From: an uncultured Gemmatimonadales bacterium
GTDB taxonomy: Bacteria > Gemmatimonadota > Gemmatimonadetes > Gemmatimonadales > GWC2-71-9
Reading direction: 5' to 3'
NCBI GenBank assembly: GCA_963697435.1
Contig: CAVOOB010000005.1
Span: 55,377 to 119,376 of the forward strand
DNA: 64,000 bases
Made by a program: the position numbers and the translations under genes. Positions 1 through 8,334 of this stretch are shown in pieces. Position 1 is the first letter of the stretch. The number at the start of each line of letters is the position of its first letter. The notes below the pieces were generated by a model. It made no database searches, had not been told where the DNA came from, and worked only from the letters and a program-made list of their open reading frames with translations.

Positions 1-532
1 TATCCGGCTCCCATTCTGCCAGCTCGCGCTCCGCCGCCGAAATCAACGCCGACCAGGCGCTCTCCAAACGCCTTGCGGTCGCCAGGACCTGCTGCCCCCA
101 CTGATCGTCCGCCACGTGCTCGAGTTCCGTCGCCTCCCGCAGCAGGGCACCTGCCCCGGAGCCGAGACGGGCGTGGATGGCACGATGCTCGGCGGGGGTG
201 ACGCGGTGGCGTTCAAGTCTCCGGGCGGGCATGCGCGCGGCGACCGCCGCCGAGGTGATCCGCGCCTCCACTTTCGCGATGAGGACTCCGGCCGCCTCCT
301 CCGCGGCCTGATCCCAGTGAGCGGCCCAGACGCCGGGGGCGAGTGCGTTGCGTGCGGCCGGCCCGTCTCCTCCGGTCAGCGCGGCGCGCGCCTGGCCTGC
401 GGCTTCCAGCAAACGGGTGACCAGCGCGAGCCGCACCGATCCCAGCAGGCGATCGGGGCCTCCGGCGGAGACGGGGTGCACCAGCCGCCCCAGTGCGGGC
501 CCGAGTTCCGGAAGGGAGAGCGCGGCCTTCAC
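1..532 (-). CDS. hypothetical helical protein; 3' end runs off the window
   Basis: This edge-open ORF is absent from the track. The minus-strand frame has no stop from 532 down to 2 (177 codons, VKAALSLPELGPALGRLVHPVSAGG...AERELAEWEPD). GTG 532-530 overlaps the TGA of the CYTH gene (GTGA). I recognised no family. Confidence 0.45.
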   Translation of the reverse strand, partial: MKAALSLPELGPALGRLVHPVSAGGPDRLLGSVRLALVTRLLEAAGQARAALTGGDGPAARNALAPGVWAAHWDQAAEEAAGVLIAKVEARITSAAVAARMPARRLERHRVTPAEHRAIHARLGSGAGALLREATELEHVADDQWGQQVLATARRLESAWSALISAAERELAEWEPD

Positions 533-1146
533 CGACGCTCCCACAGCGGCCGCCCTCCCTGGAGATCGGCGACGGCCAGCGCCGCGCGTTCGCCGGACCG
601 TTCCTCATACCGGCGGACGAATTCCACCAGCGGTTCCGGCTCGAATGCCGTGCGCGGCATGCCGGTCACCCCCAGCGCGGCCTCGATGGCCGCCGCCGTG
701 CCTTCCACTTCCACCAGGACATCCATCAGCGGGTACCACTCGAGCCGCACTTCGGCGGCGTGCACCCGGTATACCTCGACGAACCGATCCACCGACTTGA
801 TGACGCGATACCCGAGCGCGGCCAGGATGCCGGTGGCGGTGCCGCCCTCTCCCTCGATTGTACACTCGAGTTCATCGCGCAGCTTATAACCCTCGGGCGA
901 CCGACGAGTGTGTCCCTTCCATGCCATCTGGGTGCGGGCTGGCGCCCCCTCTGGCTTCCAGGTCCGGATGCGCAGTACCTCATCCCGTTCCCGGAGGACC
1001 CCCTCCTGGTCGAAGATCCGGTCTTCCATCAGCCCGCGGAAGGTGGCTTCCGCCCCTGACTCGACGAGGTGGCGCCGCAGGAGTGCAGGGTCAGGCACCA
1101 CCGCCTTCAACTCGAGTTCGGGATGGGCCCCCGTGACGGCATTCAT
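529..1146 (-). CDS. CYTH domain protein (CyaB / thiamine-triphosphatase-like)
   Basis: Track ORF 529..1146. The N-terminal ELELK (ExExK) motif is typical of the CYTH fold. ATG 1146 overlaps the stop of the HAD gene (ATGA). Confidence 0.75.
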   Translation of the reverse strand: MNAVTGAHPELELKAVVPDPALLRRHLVESGAEATFRGLMEDRIFDQEGVLRERDEVLRIRTWKPEGAPARTQMAWKGHTRRSPEGYKLRDELECTIEGEGGTATGILAALGYRVIKSVDRFVEVYRVHAAEVRLEWYPLMDVLVEVEGTAAAIEAALGVTGMPRTAFEPEPLVEFVRRYEERSGERAALAVADLQGGRPLWERR

Positions 1147-1841
1147 GCGAGAATCGCCTCCAGGACCGCATCGGTGTCGGAGAGATCCTCGAACGCGGCG
1201 CGGGCACCGGCGTCACGAAGCTCGGTCACGGCGTAACTGCCCGTGGCGACCGCAACGGCGCGAGCGCCGATCTCGCGCCCGCAGGTCACGTCGGCGGGTG
1301 TGTCCCCGACGATGACCACCATCTCGCCAGCCGGGACCTGGCCGAAGATCGGCGCGGCGCGCCCGGCAGCGATCGCGGGCAGGTCGGGCCGATGCGAGGA
1401 ATCGGAACCGTAGGCGCCGACACGGAATCGCGCCGGGTTCAGCCCCCCCGAGCGCAGCTTGAGCCCGGCGCCCCGCTCGACGTTTCCGGTCAGCAGTCCG
1501 AGAACGATGTCCGTCTGCGCCTCGAGGCGGTCCAGCAGCGCCAGCACACCAGGGAGGAGGCGGGTCCGTCCCGGCGTGCGGGTCAGCTCCGTCTCGAGGA
1601 GCACGAGGTACCGCTCCAGGATATCGGTCACCGCGCTGGGGTCGCCAGCGGACGAGTCGCCCGCGGCTTCGAGCATCTCGCGCACGATCTGTGGATCGGT
1701 CTTGCCGTCGAACCGGATCCGCGCCCACACCTCGTGGTCGATCATGCGGTCGGCCAGGGCGGCAGTGATGGCGCGCCGGCCGGCGCCAGGTGTCAGCAGG
1801 AGGGTGCCGTCGATATCAAAGAGAACGAGGACGCGCGTCAT
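1143..1841 (-). CDS. HAD-superfamily hydrolase (phosphoglycolate-phosphatase-like)
   Basis: Track ORF 1143..1946, trimmed to ATG 1841 (MTRVLVLFDIDGTLL). It has DxDxT motif I and GDTPADV motif IV. There is an ATGA overlap with the upstream stop at 1838-1840. Confidence 0.8.
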   Translation of the reverse strand: MTRVLVLFDIDGTLLLTPGAGRRAITAALADRMIDHEVWARIRFDGKTDPQIVREMLEAAGDSSAGDPSAVTDILERYLVLLETELTRTPGRTRLLPGVLALLDRLEAQTDIVLGLLTGNVERGAGLKLRSGGLNPARFRVGAYGSDSSHRPDLPAIAAGRAAPIFGQVPAGEMVVIVGDTPADVTCGREIGARAVAVATGSYAVTELRDAGARAAFEDLSDTDAVLEAILA

Positions 1842-2632
1842 CCGGAGGCCGTCGCCCCCGGCACGCGGCGGGCAGCGACAAACAGCTCGCGCAGGTGCGC
1901 GGCACGATGCCCCGGCGCCCACGGCTCCCGCAGCACGCCGCCACACGACACCGTGGAGTGAACCAGGGTGTCATCTGCCCCAACGAACGCCACGTGGGTG
2001 ACGCTTCGTCCGTTCTCGCTGAAGAAGAGGAGGTCCCCCGGGACCGCATCGTCGAGTTGAATCTCTTTGCCGACGAGCGCCTGCGCCGAGGAATCCCTCG
2101 GCAGCGACACCCCGCGCGCCGCGAAGGTGGTCTGCACCAGGCCCGAGCAGTCCACCCCGCGCTCGGTGACCCCACCCCACTGGTACGGCGTGCCGGCAAA
2201 GGTCCGCGCGGCCCACTCCTCCGCCGGCAGCGCGGCCGCCTCGGCAATCATCTCGCTGGCCGGCAGGACGTGCCCCTGCAGCAACTGTCCCGACGCGCCA
2301 TCCGGCAGCTCCACCCGACCGTGGACGATCGCCACCCTGGCGCGAACCGGAATTCGGCGTCGGCCCACTTCGGTTTCCACTTCGGCTCCCCCCGACCAGC
2401 CGTCGGCCCGCTCCCTCCAGCGTGCCGCTTCCGTGGGACTGACCTCGAGGAGATAGCCGGCATGAGCCCATCCCTCGTATCGATCAACAAAAGTGCGGAC
2501 GCGGTGCCAGGTGCCAACCGTTTCGAGGATGTCGGCCGTTTCCCCCAGCACCAGCTGCGTCACCTGCTCGGTTCGCAGCGATGCCTCCCGGTACAGAGGG
2601 GCCACGGCGGCGTGCGCAACGACTGCCGTCAC
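1838..2632 (-). CDS. NlpC/P60 (C40) cell-wall peptidase with an SH3b-like N-terminal region
   Basis: Track ORF 1838..2776. GVDCSGLV and THVAFV supply the catalytic Cys and His context. The start is set at GTG 2632 (VTAVVAHAAVAPLYREAS), which overlaps the TGA of the small upstream gene. The longer ATG 2776 start would run through that gene out of frame. Confidence 0.75.
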   Translation of the reverse strand: MTAVVAHAAVAPLYREASLRTEQVTQLVLGETADILETVGTWHRVRTFVDRYEGWAHAGYLLEVSPTEAARWRERADGWSGGAEVETEVGRRRIPVRARVAIVHGRVELPDGASGQLLQGHVLPASEMIAEAAALPAEEWAARTFAGTPYQWGGVTERGVDCSGLVQTTFAARGVSLPRDSSAQALVGKEIQLDDAVPGDLLFFSENGRSVTHVAFVGADDTLVHSTVSCGGVLREPWAPGHRAAHLRELFVAARRVPGATASG

Positions 2633-2808
2633 GCCGGGCTCGCCTTCGCCTGTTTCTGCTGGCACGGCGCACAGCGTTCCACACCCCGAAAGGCGCAGAT
2701 CAGGCAGATGAAGGTGCCGCAATCGATGCAGGGATACCCCTCGGAGGCGCGCTCCTCCCGTCCGCAGGCGCGGCACTGCATCGCGTCATGTTCGTGAATG
2801 TCCGCCAT
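2629..2808 (-). CDS. 59-aa cysteine-rich zinc-ribbon / B-box-like protein
   Basis: Not in the ORF track, apparently because it is below the length cutoff. ATG 2808 lies 4 nt after AAGGGAGG (2813-2820). Translation: MADIHEHDAMQCRACGREERASEGYPCIDCGTFICLICAFRGVERCAPCQQKQAKASPA. It contains four CxxC pairs. Its TGA 2631-2629 overlaps the GTG of the NlpC/P60 gene. Confidence 0.6.
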   Translation of the reverse strand: MADIHEHDAMQCRACGREERASEGYPCIDCGTFICLICAFRGVERCAPCQQKQAKASPA

Positions 2809-2819
2809 GCGGCCTCCCT

Positions 2820-4166
2820 TCAGATGTCCAGGCCCCAGCGCTTGATCTTGTTGATCAGCGTGGCGCGCGAAATACCCAGCTCAAGCGCCGAGCGGGTGCG
2901 GTTACCGCCGTGATGCCGCAACGTGCGCTCGATGTGCTGGCGCTCCAGTTCCTCGAGAGCCAGCGGCGTGTGCCGCCGGTCGCCCGGCCCCGGCCGCGCG
3001 CGAAACTCCCCCGGGAGATGCTCGACGCCCACCGCGGCCTGCCCCCGCCCGAGGATCAGTGCGCGCTCCAGGACGTTTCGCATCTCGCGGACATTGCCCG
3101 GCCAGCCGTACCCCAGCAGGCGCTCGAGCGACTCCGCGCCGATTTCCGGAGGGCCGGCGGGCAGTTCGGTCAGGAGGTCGTTGAAGATCCGGGTGATGAG
3201 CGCAAGGCGGTCATCGCGCGAGCGTTCACGCACCGCGGGAAGTCGCACCGGCATCACGCTCAGGCGATAGTAGAGATCCTCGCGGAACCGCCCTTCCTCG
3301 ACCTCGGCCGCGAGGTCCTTGTTGGTCGCGGCGATCAGCCGGACATCGACGGTGATCTCCCGGGTGCCACCGAGTCGACGGAAGGTCTTCGTCTCGAGCA
3401 CTTTCAGGAGCTTGGGCTGCAGCTCCAGCGACAGGTCCCCGATTTCGTCGAGGAACATCGTGCCGCGGTCGGCGATCTCGAAGAGCCCCTGCTTGCGATC
3501 CTTCGCATCTGTGAACGCGCCCTTCTCATGCCCGAACAACTCGGAGTCGAGAAAGGTGGGGCTGAGGCCCGCGCAGTTCACTTCGACAAACGGCATCCGC
3601 GCGCGCGGGCCGAGGTTATGGATCATGCGGGCAACCCACCCCTTGCCAGAGCCGCTCTCCCCGAGGAGCAGCACCGTGGTCCGCTCGCTCTGCGCGAGCA
3701 GCGAGATCTGGTGGGCGAACGCCTTCATCGTGGCCGAGCCACCGAGCGAATCGAGGCCGTGTCCAGCCCCCCCCTGGTTGACCAGCGCCTCGTTGACGCG
3801 GCGCAGCCTGGCCTTGTCCGCCACCCGGGCCGCGGCGGCGGAGAGGTGGGTCATGTCCACCGGTTTCGAGAGGAAGTTCTCCGCGCCGAGCTGCATGGCG
3901 CGCACGGCGGTGGGGACGTCGCTGTTGCCCGTCAGGAGAATCACCCCGGCGTCGCGCTCCCGGAGCTTCTCGAGCACCTCGAGGCCGTCCATCCCAGGGA
4001 GGTGCAAGTCGAGCATGACGACGTCAGGGTGCAGCCGGTCATACGTGGCCAGTCCGGCCTCACCGCTCAATTCGCGGGTGACCTCCCAGCCGAGCTGCTC
4101 GAAGTAGTTTCCGATCGCGCGGAGCACGTCGGTGTCGTCATCGATCAGCAGTACGGAACCGATCAT
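2820..4166 (-). CDS. sigma-54-dependent response regulator (NtrC family)
   Basis: Track ORF 2820..4262, trimmed to ATG 4166 (MIGSVLLIDDD) behind GAGGTGAG. It has a receiver domain (DLHLPGMDG), an AAA+ Walker A motif GESGSGKG, the GAFTDA sigma-54 contact motif and a C-terminal Fis-type HTH (LGISRATLINKIKRWGL). Confidence 0.9.
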   Translation of the reverse strand: MIGSVLLIDDDTDVLRAIGNYFEQLGWEVTRELSGEAGLATYDRLHPDVVMLDLHLPGMDGLEVLEKLRERDAGVILLTGNSDVPTAVRAMQLGAENFLSKPVDMTHLSAAAARVADKARLRRVNEALVNQGGAGHGLDSLGGSATMKAFAHQISLLAQSERTTVLLLGESGSGKGWVARMIHNLGPRARMPFVEVNCAGLSPTFLDSELFGHEKGAFTDAKDRKQGLFEIADRGTMFLDEIGDLSLELQPKLLKVLETKTFRRLGGTREITVDVRLIAATNKDLAAEVEEGRFREDLYYRLSVMPVRLPAVRERSRDDRLALITRIFNDLLTELPAGPPEIGAESLERLLGYGWPGNVREMRNVLERALILGRGQAAVGVEHLPGEFRARPGPGDRRHTPLALEELERQHIERTLRHHGGNRTRSALELGISRATLINKIKRWGLDI

Positions 4167-4170
4167 CGTC

Positions 4171-7100
4171 TCACCTCGCACCGCGGCCAGGATGCCGCGG
4201 GAGTTCAACCCAGAAACGCGCCCCGCCCCCCGGGCGGTTCTCGGCGCGGATATCCCCGCCATGGGCCCGGATGATCCCGTGCGAAATCGACAGCCCGAGC
4301 CCCGTGCCCTCCCCCACCGGCTTGGTGGTAAAGAATGGCTCGAAGATACGCGCCATCACGTCCGGCGGAATACCCGGCCCTCCGTCCAGAATCTCGAGCA
4401 GTACCAGGGACCCGTCCGCCCCGAGGCGCACCGCGCCGCTCGCCCCGTTGGCGCGCATCGCATGGGCCCCGTTGGCCAGAAGATTCAGCACCACCTGCCG
4501 AATCTGGTCTGGATCGGCGTGGGCGGCAGGCAGGTCCGGAGGACACTCCACCGTCCAGCGGCCGAGCCGGTCGCCGTTGGCGCTGATCACCTCGCGCACC
4601 AGGGCGCCGAGGTCGACCTCCGCCCGGCGGAGGGGGCGCTGCCGGGCAAACGCCAGGAGATCGGTGACGATCTGTGCCGCCCGCGTCGCCTCGGTGCGGA
4701 TGCTCTCCACCACCCGCTGGCTCCCGTCGTCGAGCGGCTCGTCCAGAATGAGCGCCTGTGCCAGCGCGCTGATGCCGGCGAGGGGATTGTTCAGCTCATG
4801 CGCGACGCCACTGACCAGACGGCCGAGCGCTGCGAGCTTCTCGGTGTGACCGAGCTGTTCGCGGAGCCGTTGCTCGTCGGTCACGTCGCGGGCGATGGCG
4901 AGCACCAGCGGGGCTCCCGCCTCCTCCCCCGCCGCGGGCACCGCCACCACCTCCGCCTCCCGGACCGCCCCGTCTGGCCGACGCAGGTGCATCGTGAACG
5001 CCCGTGGCTCCCCCCCACGCACGCCCGCCAGCTGCTTTGCAACGTAGTCCGATTCCGCTGGGACCACGAAATCCGCGAGCCGGGGCGCCTCCTCCTCGAA
5101 CCCCGCGAGCGCGCGCGCCGCCGGGTTGACCGAGCGGAGGATCCCCTCCTCGTCCAGCGTGAAGATGGCGACCGGAACGGTGGCGAACAATGCCCGGTAC
5201 CGCACCTCCGACCGGCGCAGTTCGTCGGTGGCGACCCGTTCACGCGTCACGTCCCGCATCAGCGCGACCGAGCCGCCGGCTCCCTCCTTCGGCCCCAGGG
5301 GAGCCAGCGACACCGCCAGCAGTCGAGCCTCGCCATCCGGACGCACGATGCGTGACTCGAACCGATGCGCGCCGCCCCTCCCCTGTGGATCGCCCGGCAG
5401 CAGCGCCGCGAGCGGCCGGCCCTGCAGCTCCTCGGCTGAACGGCCGAACAAGTCCGCCGCGGCGGCGTTCGAGAAGCGAACGTCTCCGCGCCCATCGGTG
5501 AGCACGATCGCGTCGTGCGCCGCCTCGACGACGAGGCGGAATCGCTGCTCCAGCCGAAGCACCTGGCTGACGTCGTCCACCGCCACCACGTGCCCCCCCT
5601 CGGGGAGCGGTGTGGCGGTGACAACGAGGGATCGACCGTCTTCCGACTCGAGCAGGGTGGTCACCCCAGACCCGGCCTTGGACGACAGCGCCAGCGGATC
5701 CTCCCGCCCCTCGTCGCCCTCGGCGAAGAGGCCGTGAAACGGCAACCCGACGATATCGGTCACGGCGACCCCGGCCAGGTCAGCAACGAAGCGATTGGCC
5801 CGCGCAATCCGGCCATCGGCGTCGAGAATCGCGAGCCCGGTAGCCGCGGCATCGAAGGCGGTCTGCCACTCCTGCCGGCTGCGGCTGACGAGGTCGAACA
5901 GCCGGCTCTTGCCGATGGCAAGCGCAGCCTGGTCGGCGAACGCCACTGCCAGACGACGCTCCTCCGACGAGTACTCCCTGGGCCGGTCATGGAAGAAGGC
6001 CAGGACGCCGATCGTCTCGTTGGCGAAGACGAGCGGAAGCAAGGCCACCGAGGCGTAGCCTTCGGCCTGTACTGCCGCCGCCATGGGCGACGCGAAGTCG
6101 CTCCGGGCGTGCTCGATGAACACCGGCCTCCCGTCGAGAAGCGTCGACGCGGTGGGCAGTGCGTGAAACTGCCGCTCGAGCGCCCTTGCGTACTCGGGGG
6201 AGAGGTTGATCCGGGCCAGGCAGGAAGCCGAGCGCTGCGCCCGGTTGAGCAGGAAGACGGCGGTGCGTTCCGCCCCGAAGACGCGCATCCCCTCTTCGGC
6301 GAGGAAATGCGTCGTGCGATCGGCGTCTTCCACGCCAGTCAACGCGTGAGCGACGCGGCCGAGCGCATCGATCTGATCGAGCCGGGTCAGCAGCTCACCC
6401 CGTAACCGCAAGCCGCTGATGGCAGCCGCCACCTGATCGCCGACCGCCTGCAGCAGGAGGAGCGTATCCGGCGAAGGCGGCTGCCACCCCTCGGCCGCCC
6501 CCGTCACCGTGAGGACTCCTGTCACGACGGAACCAAAGCGCATCGGGACCATCGCCCCGGGGCGGTGAGGGCGCGGCCGCCGCGGATCCGGTGCCGCTTC
6601 CGGCTCGGCCTCGAGGTCCCTGCTCGACCGCGCCTCACCGCGGCGCGAGACACTCACTTGCGGGTCGCGCTCCCCGAGGACGTCGCCGACACGATAGAGG
6701 CGAGCCTCCCGGCCGAGCGCACCGAGGACCACCAGCCCTGGCAGCTGCTCACCGGGCCGCCCGGCAATCATGGCGCCCGCAGCCTGCCCCACCGTCAGCG
6801 CGGCCTGGAGCCCCCGTTCGACCATCGCGTCGAGGGTCCCGAGCGCGGACAGGTCATGGGCCAGCGCCCGCAGCGCCTCGCTGCCGGCCAGCGTCGCCTC
6901 CGCCATCGCCTCCGCAACACGTGTCGTGTCGGCGATGCGCGTCGCCTGGATCGCGATGGCCGCGTGCGCGGCGATCGCGACCACGATCTGGATCGCGTCG
7001 TCGTCATACGCATCCACCCGATAGGACTGCGTCGAGAGGACACCGATCACCCGCTCACCCAGCATCATGGGCGCGTGGATCCCCGATTGGCTGGGCTCCC

Positions 7101-7437
7101 CCGAGCCGAATGGATCTCCCCGCCCCGCTTCCAATGCCTCCGGGCGGCCGAGTACCAGTACCCGCTTGTGGCGCACGACCCAGCTGGTCGGCCCATTGCC
7201 CAGCGGGGCCTCTTCCGGCGGCAGTCGCTGGCCGTGATCGGTGTGGTTGACGAAGAGCAGGCGCTCCGTCCCCGGATCGTACAGCGCGAGATAGAACGCA
7301 TCGCAATCGACGAGGCGGGCGATCTGCGTGCGCAGGACCTCGTACAGGGCGGCCGGATCCAGCAGCCGCGCCGTGGCCTCGGCGATCTCGGCCAGCACTT
7401 CGACCGGGAGCGACCCGCCTCGATACGTGCGGCTCAT
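4171..7437 (-). CDS. soluble multi-GAF / multi-PAS sensor histidine kinase (1088 aa)
   Basis: Track ORF 4171..7923, trimmed to ATG 7437 (MSRTYRGG), which overlaps the stop of the lipid kinase gene (ATGA). It has the H-box HELNNPL, N-box NLLANGAHAM, G1 DGGPGIP and G2 GTGLGLS. I saw no hydrophobic transmembrane stretch. The upstream region reads as roughly three GAF-like and three PAS-like modules. Confidence 0.9.
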   Translation of the reverse strand: MSRTYRGGSLPVEVLAEIAEATARLLDPAALYEVLRTQIARLVDCDAFYLALYDPGTERLLFVNHTDHGQRLPPEEAPLGNGPTSWVVRHKRVLVLGRPEALEAGRGDPFGSGEPSQSGIHAPMMLGERVIGVLSTQSYRVDAYDDDAIQIVVAIAAHAAIAIQATRIADTTRVAEAMAEATLAGSEALRALAHDLSALGTLDAMVERGLQAALTVGQAAGAMIAGRPGEQLPGLVVLGALGREARLYRVGDVLGERDPQVSVSRRGEARSSRDLEAEPEAAPDPRRPRPHRPGAMVPMRFGSVVTGVLTVTGAAEGWQPPSPDTLLLLQAVGDQVAAAISGLRLRGELLTRLDQIDALGRVAHALTGVEDADRTTHFLAEEGMRVFGAERTAVFLLNRAQRSASCLARINLSPEYARALERQFHALPTASTLLDGRPVFIEHARSDFASPMAAAVQAEGYASVALLPLVFANETIGVLAFFHDRPREYSSEERRLAVAFADQAALAIGKSRLFDLVSRSRQEWQTAFDAAATGLAILDADGRIARANRFVADLAGVAVTDIVGLPFHGLFAEGDEGREDPLALSSKAGSGVTTLLESEDGRSLVVTATPLPEGGHVVAVDDVSQVLRLEQRFRLVVEAAHDAIVLTDGRGDVRFSNAAAADLFGRSAEELQGRPLAALLPGDPQGRGGAHRFESRIVRPDGEARLLAVSLAPLGPKEGAGGSVALMRDVTRERVATDELRRSEVRYRALFATVPVAIFTLDEEGILRSVNPAARALAGFEEEAPRLADFVVPAESDYVAKQLAGVRGGEPRAFTMHLRRPDGAVREAEVVAVPAAGEEAGAPLVLAIARDVTDEQRLREQLGHTEKLAALGRLVSGVAHELNNPLAGISALAQALILDEPLDDGSQRVVESIRTEATRAAQIVTDLLAFARQRPLRRAEVDLGALVREVISANGDRLGRWTVECPPDLPAAHADPDQIRQVVLNLLANGAHAMRANGASGAVRLGADGSLVLLEILDGGPGIPPDVMARIFEPFFTTKPVGEGTGLGLSISHGIIRAHGGDIRAENRPGGGARFWVELPRHPGRGAR

Positions 7438-8333
7438 GGCGCCTCCGGCACCATGACCCGAATCGCGCCGGGCACGACGGTGGCGGTGAACGGCGTCTTC
7501 CCACCGAGGTCTCCGTCGAGTTCCACGGGGACGACCGCATCCGTCTCGATGTGGATCTCCCGGCCCCGGACATGGCCAACGCGCGACCCGGGGCCCTCGG
7601 CCCGGCGGAGAAAATGCCAGATGGCCTGGACGCCGTCCGCGAGGCCGTCGGCGCGCAGCACGACCACGTCGAGCAATCCGTCGTCCGGCCGGACACCGTC
7701 GCCGAACCGCAGGATCGGGGGCAGGACTTCCGCGCAGTTGGCGATCATGACGACCGCCGCGTTTGCCTCGTACTCCACGCCATCGACTCGAATGTGATAG
7801 CGGTGACTCCGCATCTGGCTGATCAGGCGCAGCGAGGTCGCGATGTAGGCCCCCACTCCCCAGCGTTGCTTCAGCGCGCTCGATGTCTCCGCCATGATCT
7901 GCGCATCGAAGCCTGCCCCGCACGCCACGGCAAAGTAGTGGGGCTCACCGGTGGCATCGTCGAGGCGCCCGAGGTCGAGCCGTCGGGAGATACCGCGCAC
8001 CAGGATCTCGGCGGCGCGGCTGGGCAGGAACGGGATCCGGAGGTTGCCGGCGAGGAGATTGCCCGTCCCGCCGGGGATGAGCGAAAGCGCCACGTCGGTG
8101 CCCACCAGCGACGAGGCGGCCTGCATCGTCGTCCCATCGCCACCGAAGACCGCGACCGCATCCATGCCAGCCACCACGGCTTCGCTGGCCAGGCGCCGCG
8201 CATCGCCGGTCCCCCCGGTAGCCACCACCTCGGCTTGCCATCCGGCGCGCCGCAACACGTCGCGGACCTCGCGGACGGCCTTCGGCTTGGTCCTCGCGGC
8301 GGCGGGGTTCGTGATGACCAACGCACGTGGCAC
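7434..8333 (-). CDS. diacylglycerol/lipid kinase family protein (YegS/BmrU-like)
   Basis: Track ORF 7434..8333, starting at GTG. It has the GGDGT motif (VFGGDGTT) and IPGGTGN typical of the DAGK catalytic domain. Confidence 0.85.
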   Translation of the reverse strand: MPRALVITNPAAARTKPKAVREVRDVLRRAGWQAEVVATGGTGDARRLASEAVVAGMDAVAVFGGDGTTMQAASSLVGTDVALSLIPGGTGNLLAGNLRIPFLPSRAAEILVRGISRRLDLGRLDDATGEPHYFAVACGAGFDAQIMAETSSALKQRWGVGAYIATSLRLISQMRSHRYHIRVDGVEYEANAAVVMIANCAEVLPPILRFGDGVRPDDGLLDVVVLRADGLADGVQAIWHFLRRAEGPGSRVGHVRGREIHIETDAVVPVELDGDLGGKTPFTATVVPGAIRVMVPEAP

Positions 8334-8334
8334 G

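Noticed and set aside
2910-4274. 454-aa plus-strand ORF opposite the response regulator (and similar ones at 25295..26275, 55072..56109 and 51040..51945)
   Set aside because: Each is antisense to a gene with clear family motifs. Their composition is dominated by Arg, Gly, Pro and Glu, and they lack start-site context.
7438-7923. N-terminal extensions of track ORFs (histidine kinase 4171..7923; likewise 2820..4262, 1143..1946, 57735..61022, 62483..63967, 49527..50402)
   Set aside because: The extensions overlap the upstream gene and are Arg/Gly/Pro-rich. Internal starts have an SD sequence or a stop/start overlap, and they begin where the family sequence begins.
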